A stretch of 64,000 nucleotides of DNA from Camelus ferus (GCF_009834535.1 NC_045697.1:30320001-30384000); one strand, 5' to 3'; positions 37,511-50,975 are shown, counted from the stretch's first letter. Translations and numbers: made by a program. Notes: generated by a model from the sequence alone, not told the origin.

Positions 37511-39036
37511 AATTAAGGAGAACCTTGAAAAAACTCCAGGATCAAGTCACAGGAACATTGTCTTCTGAGGAAGGAATTTTTAGTTTCTAGTAATCCCTCT
37601 TTAAACATCCTAGCACAATCTATAAAAGCGTTTCATCAGTGGGTGAAAAAGAATGTTGGCATATTGTCTTCATTGGTAAATAATCACAAAAGTTATTTTG
37701 AATAAGTCAAAACACAAGTGGCCGTGGTGAAGAAGATTGGTTTCTTAGAAAAATTTACTTTAGCCCTTGCTTCACTAATTAATTTTCCTGGTAGTTTACA
37801 TATTTTAATGTGAAAGAAGATAACATTGTTATATTTACTTTACTCAGCCTTTAAAGAATAGAAGCAAATGACCAAAAACATCCTGGCCTTCAACAGGTAT
37901 TGCCAAATAAATGAAAGAGTAAGTTGACATCAGGAAGTTTTTCAAGAAAACAAGTTCCAAGCTTGAAACTTGAGTGAATACTTATGCTGCCTTATGTCTC
38001 TCATGCTTTTCAAATTATCTTCAGTGTTCAGAATAATTTACGTTCCTAATAAATTCTCTGATCCGTTAAGAAAAGGTTTACTTTTCTTGATTTCAGAAGA
38101 CAATCTGCACATGCACATACATGAATTAACATTTTGGGAAGATCATTATTAAGCAGTTAGAGAAGTTTCAACTCTTAAATCCTTAACCCTCCACTCAGAG
38201 AAACTGGACTATCTCAAATTATATAATTTCATTATATCACCTAAAACTTTAGAAGATACATAAATTATATCTGGACAAGGTTTTTGAGTTTTAAATACTC
38301 AGAAAAAATAAAAGAGAAGATCACATGAGAGTAGAGACAGAGATATACTTTTCTACCACTTTGATGCAAGCGTGGAATCTATCTTTCTTCTGTATTTCAG
38401 CCCTCCAAAGCCCACAGTCAACCCAGATGCAGCAGCTGAAGTGCTTTGTAATTAGTCTTCTATTCTTCCCTCAATTAGATTTCTCATATACTGAGGAATC
38501 TCACCAAATGTTGATCTAATTATCTGATTTTTAAAAATCAGTGAAAATCTGAATGACTGATTAATATAATTCCTTATTGACTGTGAAATGAAAGAGGAAT
38601 GAATCTTCAACTAGCAGAAGGAAGACACAGGTAATTTTGAGTAGGAAGCCTTCCTGACCTTCCCCCTCTCAGTTTTTTATTGTGAAAAGTACATTATGCC
38701 AACATTTTTTTTAGCTTGCAACAGCATGCAAAATAAAGAGTATCTTTTGTATTCCAGAGCCCTTGCAGATTAGCTGAATAATATGAATGTTTTGTTTGAT
38801 TTTATGTAATTTTAGAAGTTTACATATAAATAAACTTACAAGTTTAAAAAAAAGGAATATTATCCTTACTTTTCCTTTATAAAATATAGACCATGTATAC
38901 CTAGGGGGTCAGTGAAACACCCCCATGGAAAGAGTGGCTTTGCATGGCACGTTTGGGTATTTAGCAGAATGAAAGGAGGTATGTTTTATTGGTATTTATT
39001 ATGGGTTTATTTGAAATTTTAAAAATTTTCTTTTAG

Positions 39037-39189
39037 AATGGCAGAATTTAGTGACATTTGGAAGCTTTTCAAACATCACTCCATGTTGTACACTGAATCA
39101 AGTAAAGTTTTACTCTACAAATGTTCAGAAAGAAGGACAGGGATCACAAACTCTCCAAATGGAGAAAGTACCGTCATTTGATGAAACAG
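39037..39189 (+). CDS. SLC30A9: SLC30A9 exon 2 (153 nt): (E)WQNLVTFGSFSNITPCCTLNQVKFYSTNVQKEGQGSQTLQMEKVPSFDET
   Basis: Acceptor ttttag and donor gtatgt. Phase 1/1. Confidence 0.95.
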
Positions 39190-39244
39190 GTATGTATAAA
39201 TCTTTTAAAATAATTTTTTTCCTGTATACAGGAATAGTTTGCAC

Positions 39245-41860
39245 AAGATTATTTGTTCCTTGAATGTTTGATAGAACTTACATGTAAAACCATCTGGACT
39301 AGTGTTTTCTTTGTGAGGAGCCATTAAACTGCCAACTTAATTTCTTTTAAACTAATTTCTTTTAATTTTTCTATTTCTTTTTGATTCAGTTTTGATAAGT
39401 TCTATTTTTTTCTGGGGATTTATCCACTTCAACTGATTTATTGACAAAGTTTAAGATACTTTCTGTATACTCTTAGTAGCATATGTAGTTACATCCTTTT
39501 TTTTCATTCCTAATGGTGTTTGTCTTATTTTCTTGATTAACCTTGCCTGAGCTTTGTCCATTTTATTATTTTCCAACTAATACTTTTTTTTAACCTGCGG
39601 AATCTTTATATTGTATGTTTGTTTCCTTTTTCATTAATTTCTACTCTTACCTTAATTGTATTCTCCTTTCTGCCTCCTTTGTATTTACTTTGTTAATCAT
39701 TTTTTAACTATCTGTTAGCTATTTTGCTCATTGATTTTGAACCTTCCTTCTTTTCTAGAGTAGGAATTTAAGCCATGATTTCTGATGGTAGATTTGGTAT
39801 TCTTTCCTGATAGTTGTCCCTAAAATTTTGCTTTGTATATTTTGAGGCTATGTTACTGGGTGCATAACACATTTAGAATTGCTACATAACACTCATGAAT
39901 TACACCTTTTATTGTTATATAACAGCTTTTTTTTTTTTTTTAAGGGACGTCTCCACTAGATTTCATTAGTATTTGCCTGGTATAATTTTTCCTATCCTTT
40001 GACTTTAACCTTTTTTTGGCCTAATTTAATAATTTTTGTTTTTCAACTGAAAGTTTAATCTGTTTACATTTACTGTAATCATTGATATGTTTGGACATAT
40101 TTTTTCCATTTTATCATGTGCTTTCTTGTGCTGTTTTTTTTCCCCCTTAATTCTTTATTTGCCTTCTAAAAATTCTTTTTCTCATTCTATTATCCCCTCT
40201 CCCTTATACACACACACGTATACACCCTTGCTTGGGATTAATATACTTTATGTTTGTTCTAAAGTCTAAAGGTAATTGAAATGTTTACTTTGCTTCTGAA
40301 AAATACAAAGAACTTAGAATGCTTTAACTCTGGTCATCCCCTCCCAACTTACTTATTTGTTGGCTAGTATTTTGTGTCTATTCTCTCTTTCCCTTCTATA
40401 AAATGCACTTTGTTGTTCAAATTTATCTAAAATCTTTGGTGATTTTTTTTTTTTTTTTATTTCTCTGCTCATTCTACCTGATATACATCCTATAGGAATT
40501 CCTTTAGGTGAGGATCTTTTATGGTAAAGGAACATTTAATGTCTTAATCCATTGTCTTCTGGTTTCCATTGTTGCTGTTGCGAGGTCAGATAGCATGGCT
40601 TTGTTTTCATGTCTTTTCTGTTTGACTGCTTTTTAAATTTGGTTAGCTTTATGTTGAAAGTCTTTTTCTTCGGTGTAAACTGCATTTTCACTATGATGTG
40701 ACTAGATGTATATTTCTTTATATTTATCCTGCTTGAGATTTGTTGGGCTTCCTGGATCTGAGGATTGTTATTTTTCTGCAATTCTGGAATTCTGCAATTC
40801 TCTGTCATCCCTTCAAGTATGTATTACCACCTCTCATTTCTCTTTCATCTCCCTTTCGAGATCTTCTTGCTTTATTTTCCATGTCTCTAAACTTCTCTGT
40901 TATACTTTGTACTTCTTTATCTTTCTGGCCTGGATCCTGGATTATTTCCTTAGGTCTACTTAGTTCACTAATTCCCTCTTTAGTTACCTCCAATCTGCTG
41001 GTTAGTACATAATGCTGGGTTTTTAATTTCAATGAGTATATTTTTAATTTCTAGAAATTGTGTATTTTTCACCTTGCTTAGTCCCTTGTTTCTTGCTTAT
41101 ATTTCAGACTTCTCTTTCATTAGGCATATTAAACATAGCTATTTTATATTCTGTGACTGAAAATCCTGTTATCTGAAATCTTTCAGTTCTTACTGTATTG
41201 TCTTTTTTCCTGTTTCTTGCTCTCTTTCATGACACCGTATCTGTTTTTAAACTGAGAGTTGTTTATTTTCCATGTAGTTTTATATCTTGGAAGAATTTGA
41301 TATCTCTCTGGATTGAGATACATTCCTGCATAGAGTTTGCACTTGCCTCTGTTAGCTGCTAGGGGCACAACTTGGCACCACATTAAATTAAATTGTCAGC
41401 TTAAGATTTTTTCAGACCATGTTTGTAGCATGAATTCAGACTACAAACTTGTGTGAGCTACCTTATGGCAGCTAGGATTTTCAGGGGAGTTTTTTTCTTC
41501 TCTACTACCTAACACCAGAGTAAGGGCAGGCTTGCTTCCTTACTGCTCCCTTCTGTGTGTGTTTTTTCTGGGTCACAGTTATGCCATGCATCTAGCTTTT
41601 TTTTTCTGAGTATCTCCTGTTAAACTCTACATCTTTAGGAGAACCTGGTTTTATTCTTTGTTCTCCCATGCTCCTTACAGCTGTGGAAATAGGAGCTCAA
41701 AGAATGTAAGCGTTAACAGAAGTCATCAGGAAAAAAGCTGGCTTTGGTGTGCTCTCTTATTCTGTAGAGGTCCTACTTTAGCTTCATTTTTGCCCTCTTA
41801 AGATCATTTTGCTAGCTTAGCAGTGCTTTTGAAAAATAATTTTTTTTCAAGATATCTAGT
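39245..41860 (-). mobile_element. Old L1 5' remnant (ORF1 and start of ORF2)
   Basis: Minus ORFs 40536-41032 resemble L1 ORF1p (SRLEVTKEGISEL; PQIQEAQQISSRIN..SHIIVK). Confidence 0.7.
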
Positions 41861-41999
41861 CCGGTGTGCAACATTCAAAAGAAGTCCTTTATTTATTCAT
41901 TAATTTATTCAAGAAGTATTTATTGAGCACTTTTTACATGGCAGCAAATGAGAATGACTCTCTGAGTTTATATTCTCTTTATTACTAAAACAGAAAATT

Positions 42000-43440
42000 A
42001 AGCAAACAAATATAATACTATATAGTAAGTACTGTGATGGAAGAAATAACTGTATGCTGGAGAGGCACCTAACTGAGTTTTGAGTGGTTAAGAAAAGTTT
42101 CCATAAGGAAATGGGATCTAATTAGTGACCTGGAAAGAAAGTAGATATTGGAGTGTTGAATGGTGGAGAGGGAAGGTAACATTGCAAGTAATATGATGTG
42201 CCTAGACTAGTGAGTAGAGGACCTGGTGGTGGTGGGGGAGTTGGTAGGTTTGAAAGTACAAGGGGTGAAACTCAAGAAGTAAACAGTAATTAGATTAGGG
42301 TTTTGCTGAGGAGTTTGGACTGTTTTGTAGGTACTGGGAATCTATTGGAGTATTTTAAGTAGAAGAAGTACTTAATCAGATTTAAGATTTTAGAAAGATA
42401 ACTAGATGCAGACTGGAAAACAGATTGCAAGGGAGGAAGACTGAAAGCAGTAATACAAATGAGACTCTAGACTAGTTAATGGCAGTGATTTTTTTTAAGG
42501 GAAGTAGATGAACTTAAGATTTAGGAGATGAATAATTAAGACTTGATGATTGAATTTGGGGGACTGAAAGAGGGTCAAGTAAAGGACAGTGCATGGTTAC
42601 TGGATTAGGTGATTGTGTAGGTGATTTCGTTGACTGCTAAAATTAGGAATAGCAAAGTTGGCGTGTATCTTAATGAGAAGGTGAGGATTCAGTTTTGGAC
42701 ATCTGAATTGTAGGTGCCTCTGGGGCATCTTGACAATGACTAGGCAGCAGTTGGGTGTACTGCTTTTCTACTGTGAGACATCGTCACCTCTTGGCTGGAT
42801 TGCTGCAGTAACCTACTCCCTGGGCTCCTTGCTTCCACTCTCTCTTTCTTTCTTAACCAGTCTCCTTTTGCTTCTTAGAGAATACCAAACTTGTTATTGT
42901 TATAGGGTGTTTGCTCTAGTTGCTTTCTCTTTCCAAGATACCCTTCTTCATGTGGCTGATCCCTTTTGATCCTTTACATCTTAAATGAAACGTCAGCTCT
43001 GCACACCCAGTTAGTCTTTAATCTTACACTAATTTTAATTCTCTGTGTAGATAGCGCTTATTACTGACTGATATTTTCAGTATATGTTTTATTTGTGTTT
43101 TCCCACTTGTTTCCAGGCCTCATGATAGCAGGAACTTCAATGCCTAGAGCAACTGTTTGCACATAGTAGGAGTTTAATACATTTTGTAAATGAATGAATA
43201 CATAGAGTTCTGACCTGGGGATAGAGATTTAGGAATTATTAGCTATACCCAGGTGATAACTGAAGCCATGAGTGTGTTTGAGACAGTATAGGGAGAGAGT
43301 TTAGACTGGGGAGATAAGATCTTCTAGTACAAAATCCCCAGTGAGGAGGGGGCAGGTGGAAGAAGAAGAGCTTGCAAAGAATACTTGAAGAGCAGCAGCC
43401 TGGAGAGGTAGGAAAAAAACAAAGAATATGGTGTTAGGAG
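42000..43440. mobile_element. L2 fragments in both orientations
   Basis: Motifs ttcagttttggacatctgaattgtaggtgcct (minus) and ...cacatagtaggagtttaatacattttgtaaatgaatgaat (plus 3' end). Confidence 0.6.
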
Positions 43441-45096
43441 AGGGGGATGTTTGAAGAATAATAAACATTCCAAGACTGTCTTTCCTTTAGTTGGATGTCC
43501 TTCACAAGGGAAGATTTTATAGATTCCTTGAGAAACCTGTGTCTATGTTTATGATGCCTGTTTTTCATCCTTTTCCCTGAGCCCCATCCTCTTTTTAGGC
43601 TTATTGTGCAGTTTTAGCCAATTTCTTGTTTTTTCCTTGTGATGGAGAACTGCTAGGGTAAATACTGATTGAGAGTTTGATATTAGAGGATGAAGGGGTG
43701 GAGAGTGTAATGAGTCCCTAAGTTCCAGAAATAAGCATATTTATTAGAATATTGAAATGAAAGAAGAAACAGGTGATGAAATATAATTAAAGGTAAAACA
43801 TGTTATAATGCTCTTCTGATGTAAACATTGACTCAGGCAAAAATATTTAATGTTGGTTCCACTATACAAAATGCTTGAAATTGAAATCCATGACTAGGTT
43901 TCTTTTTTCTCTGCTGACTGAAGTTAAAATGCTAGTTTATTTTATTACATTAGTACCACATTGTTTATTGATGGTTTTATTTCAGGTTCAATTTTTCAGA
44001 ATTTGCTTAGGCCAAATTAGACCTTGCTAGCCATCAGATAGACAGCAAGTAATTGCTTGATTGAAAGATAATTGGTATATTGAAGAGTTTGAGATTGACT
44101 TTTGAATAATTCAAATCACACGATAAAGTCAGAAACAGCTCATTAAGAGGCAGAGACTTGCTAAGGAATCCTTAAGTTTTTAAGGAGCATTCAGATGTTT
44201 AAATTTTAGTAAAATCAGTTTTAATTTTACTAATGATAGCAGATGTGTGGCAAATAGCCAGGGCTTGTGCTTAAAACAAAATGTCTAGAGATATTCATGG
44301 ATAAAATGTTGGTTACTTATTGAAATCATAAAAGATTTTACTCCAGTGATAGAGCTTAAGTTTATTAAGAGGATGGTGTGTAAATTAAGTATTCATACAT
44401 GTGTTTAAGCCATTTACTAGCATTTCTTGTTTGTGATTCTTAACACTATATAATTAGTAACATTTAGACAGTTTGTTGTGAGAAGAATATCCAGAAATAC
44501 CAGTTTTAGAACTCATTTTTGTTTGAATGACTTTGATTGCTGTGGAAAGGAGGACAGTAGATTTCAGTTGTTCAGACACTAGGTGAGTGTTGAAAGCTTA
44601 TTATTCTACCTCCCTTGTCCCTTCACTTTTCTCTGCCCTGTGTTCTATTCCCCAAAACAGAATTTTAAGAAATTGATATATAGATTCTACACATAAAGAT
44701 TCTTTAGAATTTGTTTGTTTGTAGCGAGACAAAAATATCAGTCATTTAAGTGCTCAGTCAAATGTTATAAGCCATAGTTACTAATTAAAGAGAAATATTT
44801 TTAAGGCTCTTTAATTTACCAATATGCTGTCATAACCTGCTTAGGATTTGATGAATAATTAACGTAAAGCCTTTTTGGCCTTCTGTACATGTTTTAGTTA
44901 ACAAAACATAATATACCATGTTAAGTAGTTTCCCTAGTGACTTTCACTGAAAATTACACGTAAGATTTTTTGCTTTTATTTCAAAGAGAGCTTTGCCTTT
45001 GTTAGTGCCTATTCTGCTGGCATTTAATTTTTACATAAAAGCATGATAGGAAGGTAAATCGGATAGGCAGAGAGTCTGATCAAAATAGCAGTAACA

Positions 45097-45285
45097 AAAT
45101 GTAGAATAGATAAACAAGATTATACTGTATAGCACAGGGAAATATATACAAGATCTTATGGTAGCTCACAGAGGAAAAACTGTGACAATGAATATATATA
45201 TGTTCATGTATAACTGAACAATTGTGCTCTACACTGGAATCTGACACAACATTGTAAAATGATTATAAATCAATAAAAAAATGTC
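45097..45285 (+). mobile_element. 5'-truncated L1 3' tail
   Basis: Very similar to 36220-36400. TSD aaaatagcagtaaca / aaaatagcaataaca. Confidence 0.9.
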
Positions 45286-45999
45286 AAAAAATAGCAATAA
45301 CATCATTAAATAGATGCTCTGAGGTACTCATTCTCTTTACTTACTGGAGTGACAGACAAAATATAGAAAGAGAAATCTGAAGAAGCAATTGGACTCAAAA
45401 AATGATATCCTATGCTATGTTCAAGAAGTAGAACAGAAGTTTCCAGGCTCTGGGTGTAAGCAGGCACTGGCAGGCAGGAGTTTGGCTCATTTCTGGTAAT
45501 GGATCTGCAAGTGCTCCATGCACAGTCTGGTATTGGAGTCAGACTCACTGCGTGAACTTAGCACGCACCCTTCTACAGGAGACTGAAACTAGCCTCTTTC
45601 ATTTGTTACCTGAAGCTCTGTCCTGTAGTACGATGTAGGGTAGGGAGGCAAGAGGACAAACAGGAACTGAAACCTGCTGTTTGCTGGCTTGGAGACTGGA
45701 CTGAGGGGTAGGAATTTTGAATTGGCAGTGTGTATCTGGTTCAGGACAGAAGGGTCAGATTGTATCTGAGCACTGGAGTATGAGGAGGAGAGTGAAAGGG
45801 TATGTCCTATTCAGAATAAAATTGCAAATTCTAAAATTTAAAAGTACATGAAGGATCATATTGCTATACATATATGTATCAAATCAACATGTTACTCACT
45901 TTAAACTTACAGAACATTGTATGTCAATTATATCTCAATAAAAAATGCACAAAGAATCCTAATGCTAAGAAAGCCAACAAAATCAACAATCAAATGTGA

Positions 46000-47240
46000 A
46001 TTAACTCCAAATGATATTAAAATAACAGCTTTGAATAAGTTTAAAATCCTTAAAAGAATAAATGAAGTACTCGTATTTTGAAACACAAACTGGCAGAAAT
46101 AAAAGCAGAACAAATATATCTGGAAAAGAGCCAGCTAGAGATCTTAGTAATGAAACTGTAGTCACTAAAATAAGAATTTAATAGATTAAATAGCCGTAGT
46201 CAAGTAGAGAATTAGTAAATTGAAATTTACCCTGAATGTGCACAGGAAAAGCAAGATTTTCCGAAAAACTGAAAAAGCTTTTAAAATGCATGAAGCTCTA
46301 TCCTATTTAATAGGCATTTCAGAGAGAGAATAGAGAACTGGTGGAGAAATATATAAAGAGATAATAGATGAAGATTTTTCAGAATTTGAGAAAAATAATT
46401 TTCAGGTCAAAAGTGTACTTTGAGTACTAAACAGGATGAATGAAAAGAAATATACAGATTTCAAAACCAAAACAAGAAATAACCCAACTTAAGAGCTTTC
46501 AGAGAGAAAAGTCAGACTTCTGTTTTGTTGCTCTTTTGAAGTAGACTTCTTATCTGCAGCAATATGTGGAAGTTAAGGGAGGAGTGATTTAGAGTAACAT
46601 TCATGAATGGGCAAGAGGAAAAGTAAATGTTACCCTAGCATTTTATACTGGTCTAAATAATCATTCTTGAGGAAAGGCAAAATAAAGACATTTCACATAT
46701 GTAAAGAAGACTATCATTTACTACTAACCTACCTTCATTAAAAAATAAACAAAACCAAATCTATATTTCTATAAGATGCAGAGTAAACCCAGAGGGAAAG
46801 AAGGGCTAGGGTATAAAAGAGACAATGAAGAGCAAGAAATGGGTAAAATTTACTGGTAAAGCTAATTACTGATAATAAAATAATAAACTTTTTATATTAA
46901 ATGCTAAAATTTTAATCATGAGTAGTAAGATGGAAGTTTTCCGTGGTTAAAGGTTTTTTTCTTGTCAGAGGAAGGAAGAGATGGTGAATAACTTAACAGA
47001 TGGTTAGAACGATTTACCAAGGAAAGTATGTTATGTTAAATTTCTAAGTGGAATCATTAAAACAATAGAAATATAATCTTGTAAATTCAAAATTAGCATG
47101 AGGGTGGGGTGGGAGGAGGATACAGAAAACTATCAATCTAACAGTTGGCAAGAAAGGCAAAATGAAAATAAAAACAAAGAAAAAAAGGATGGTAAACTGA
47201 AGACCATCAGGTGGCAGAAGTCTAAATCAGGTAATCAAAT
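46000..47240 (+). mobile_element. Old L1/HAL1 ORF1-region remnant
   Basis: A-rich degenerate ORF1-like motifs (aaagagataatagatgaagatttttcagaatt; gcaaaataaagacattt). Confidence 0.55.
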
Positions 47241-47542
47241 CTGTCAGATTTCATGGTATTACATATCCAAGGTTTGACACTTGGATGGGTGTTGAATTTT
47301 ATTAAATGCTTTTTGCTTAGCTTCTGAAATGATTCTAGTTTTTCTCCTTTAATCTATTATTGAGGGGAATTAATAGCTTTTCTAATATTTAACTACACTT
47401 TCATTCCTTGGATAAATCTAACATGGTCCTTGGTATGTTACCTTTTTTATACATTATCAGATTATTAGATAATATTAATTAAATGTATAGGTTTGTATGA
47501 ATGCAACTGTTTAATATAACTTTTTAAAAATAAACTTTACAG

Positions 47543-47605
47543 CAGAAAATATTGGTGCAGAACTGAAAGCTCCACTTATTAAGCAGGAACCTCTCCAAGT
47601 AAGAG
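47543..47605 (+). CDS. SLC30A9: SLC30A9 exon 3 (63 nt): (A)ENIGAELKAPLIKQEPLQVR
   Basis: Acceptor tacag (NAGNAG) and donor gtaaat. Phase 1/1. Confidence 0.93.
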
Positions 47606-49050
47606 GTAAATATATTCTATTCTATTTTTATTATAATATTTTGAATTAAATATATAAAATTATTTATTTAGAGCCCTTTACAGTTACATTATTCTGAGTG
47701 TATATTCATTTTTACTTTTCTTTAAATATATTGACCATAAGGATTTATTTTATTTATAAGCTAATTTTCTGCTGAAGTTTACTTTATATTTTGGTCATAA
47801 ATTCTGTGGTAATTGTTTTCAAAAGCCCAAAGGAGTAATGGCAAATAAAATCATCAATTGCTTTGTCATTTTTAGAAGAGTAATACGATTAAAGAACAAG
47901 AGGCCAACACCTATAGCTTGTTCAAATTCAGGTAGAGTTTGGACATTCTTGTCTGATTTCCTTTTCTGGGAGAAATTGGGTGATGAAGGAGCTTGTTTGC
48001 ATCTCTTTTCTTTATAATGGGCTATGGCTCCCATCTCCAAAGTGCATGTTTCATGGAGGTCCTAGTTCTGTGATTAGGAGCACCATGGCTTTGGCGTCAC
48101 ACAGAAGTGGATTCACTTTGTAGCTCCAGCACATACTAGCTATATGGCTTTGGGCAGTTTTCTTGACTTCTCTGAGCTGTAGTTTCCTCCTCTCTAAGAG
48201 GGTCCTAAAAATGGGGCTTCTTTTCTAGGATAACTTTAGAGATGATACATAGTATATAGTCACAATTAAGAATGATGTAATGTGATAGCAGTCATCATCA
48301 ATCATCTGGGCCAGGACAGGCCAATAGGGATTTCTAGATACTTTGAAGAAATTATTAAAAAGTAATTTATAAAAAAAAAACTAATCTTTTAGAGAGAGAT
48401 GTAGTCCTCCTCTCTGACCCAAAGGAGCTTATTTGGATTTAGAATTTTAGTACTATTAGGGTAAGGCAGTTTAGAGGCTTGAAACTCATGTAAAAAGAAA
48501 CCTGAACTTCCTTATATGCCCACATAAGAAATAATAATGGTCTAGTATATATACAGATTATTATATGTAACTGAAATTAAAGTTTTCACAGCAGTTGCTT
48601 ATTCATTGTATGTGGTACTCTTTGATTACTTTCTATTTTTTATGAAATGGCTGGTTTCACTAATGTTTGGAAAACACTGAACCAGCATGTAATTCTTCTT
48701 TGAAACTTCAGTTTATTTTCATTTAGGCCCTAAGCAATTTAAATTGTGTTGGTATAATTTAAACAGACCAGTAATACCTATACAAGGTGTTCATTAGACA
48801 GAGGGTTGACATTTTGGCATCAGTTTCAGATGCACTGTGGCGATAAAAGCTGAGTGGTTACAAGTATAATTCTGTTCTATTCTGTACTTGGAGAACTTTT
48901 TTCTTTCTAATGCCATTTAGTGCATCAGGAAAAACATAAATTTTGTATGGAATTCATTGGCAAACCCTCTTAAAAATCAGCCTGTGTTCATCTTCAAGTG
49001 TGTCTTCCAATATGAGTAGTTAGTATCTTTTCCTGTATTTTTGGTTTTAG

Positions 49051-49150
49051 TCAAAGCAGTCCTTAAGAAGAGGGAATATGGACCAAAGTACACTCAGAAT
49101 AACTTCATCACTGGAGTCAGAGCAATGAATGAGTTCTGCCTCAAATCCAG
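49051..49150 (+). CDS. SLC30A9: SLC30A9 exon 4 (100 nt): (V)KAVLKKREYGPKYTQNNFITGVRAMNEFCLKS(S)
   Basis: Acceptor ttttag and donor gtacag. Phase 1/2. Confidence 0.96.
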
Positions 49151-49416
49151 GTACAGTAATTTTTATTTTAATGTGTTAGTTTGCTCTATCTAATCTAAAT
49201 AACCAGTTATTCCTTAGACTTTGTTACCTGCTACCATCCATGTGGAAACTTTACCATGGCTAATTCCTAAATTGAAGAAATGCTTTCATTAAGTTAAAAA
49301 GTTTTAGTTTACTAAATTGAATTCTGCTCCTGCCTGAGCAATTCCAGTCTGTCTTGGCTCCTATAACTCAAAAAGTCAGGTTCTTCATAATATTTATATC
49401 ACACAAGTAACTTATG

Positions 49417-49540
49417 GTAGGGAGTGTATAGCTCAGTGGTAGAGCGTATGCTTACCATGCACGAGGTCCTGGGTTCAGTCCCCAGTACCTCCATTAAATA
49501 AGCAAACAAACAAACAAACCTAATTACTCCGCCCCCAAAA
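49417..49540 (+). mobile_element. Vic-1-like SINE
   Basis: Sequence tatagctcagtggtagagcg...ggttcagtccccagtacctcca with an (AAAC)n tail. Confidence 0.9.
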
Positions 49541-50882
49541 GAACCTTAGGGGTTTTATTGTTATGTTAATATGTGGCATAGTTATTTTGCACAAATGCAA
49601 ATAAGATTATTTGCATATTTATATAACTTTAAATTTTTATATTTTTTGGCTTGCAGAGTTGAGTAGTTATTTATATTTATGTTCACACTGCAGCTGTAGT
49701 TTCTGTTGATTATAAATTATTTTACCTCTTTCTGGTATCTTATTAATTTTCTTGTAATTAAAGAGATTTATTGAGATTTTTTTTTACAAATTTAAACTCT
49801 TTTCCCCCTCTTTGTATGTTTACCTAGAAAGGCTGTATTTATGTCGAAGATTTCTTGGCAATTTAGACATCAGACAATCTAGTTTCCTCCCCTCGACCCC
49901 CTCATGGTCACATCTTCTATGATATAGTACCAAGAAATAAAGATTCCTATAATCAGTTTTTATAACTTACATAACTATTGAAACAACGATCAATTATAAT
50001 AAAGGTGTAAAACTATATTTTGTTTCACATGCAAAAATTTTCTGAATTAAGTAGATTAGGTATTGCTGTCTCCACGTTATAGGCCAGGGAACATAATAAA
50101 GATGTTAGTGATGACCCAACTCATTCAGTGCGTCAGTGTCAGAGAAGGAAGCCAAAATACGTATCTCTTGTTACCTGGTCCAGACTTTCTTTACTAATGT
50201 GTCATGGTTGATTGTTGACCTATTTTAAACTCCAGGTTTAATTTCTGTAACTTAATATCTTCCATAGTCACCAAATTTTTATTTATAGGTCTTTTCATTG
50301 CTGTTACAAAGTTCCTTAGGAAGACCAATGATCAAATTTAGAATGACTATTTAGCGGTGGCTTGATGAATATATAAACCTTTCAAAATTTAAGAGAAAGG
50401 AATATAATTAAATAGCATGAAATTGACATATACTCTTTATAACTTGATACCGATGAATGACATTATTACTTAGTATTAATCTGGACGTAAGTAAATGACT
50501 GCAAATATTAAATTTAAGTTCTTAAATAGAGGAATGATACTCTAATCCACGTTCTTTCCACTTTTCACTGTTTTCTTCATACATCAGACATTGTACAGGT
50601 GTGTCCATAGCAGATAAAATACAAGCACTGATAAAGGAATTTGCTCTTTACATATTATGGTATCTATATTGAAAATCAAGAATAATTCTTCGTTTTTCAA
50701 CTGTCTCTAAACTACTTTCTGTGTACAAAATGTCACCTTTAAACTGATTTTTGCAGACTATACAGATTTAGCTTTTAAAATGAGGATCAGTGTAGTAGCT
50801 TTTATCTGCCCTTAATAATCCTTTTAAGTGCATAAACTATATGAATCTTGTCTGATTAAATTCAACATGTTTCTTTTTTCAG

Positions 50883-50975
50883 TGATCTAGAACAACTTCG
50901 AAAAATCAGACGACGAAGTCCTCATGAAGACACTGAGTCCTTTACTGTATACTTGAGATCAGATGTGGAGGCAAA
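50883..50975 (+). CDS. SLC30A9: SLC30A9 exon 5 (93 nt): DLEQLRKIRRRSPHEDTESFTVYLRSDVEA(K)
   Basis: Acceptor tttcag and donor gtaaga. Phase 2/2. Confidence 0.96.
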
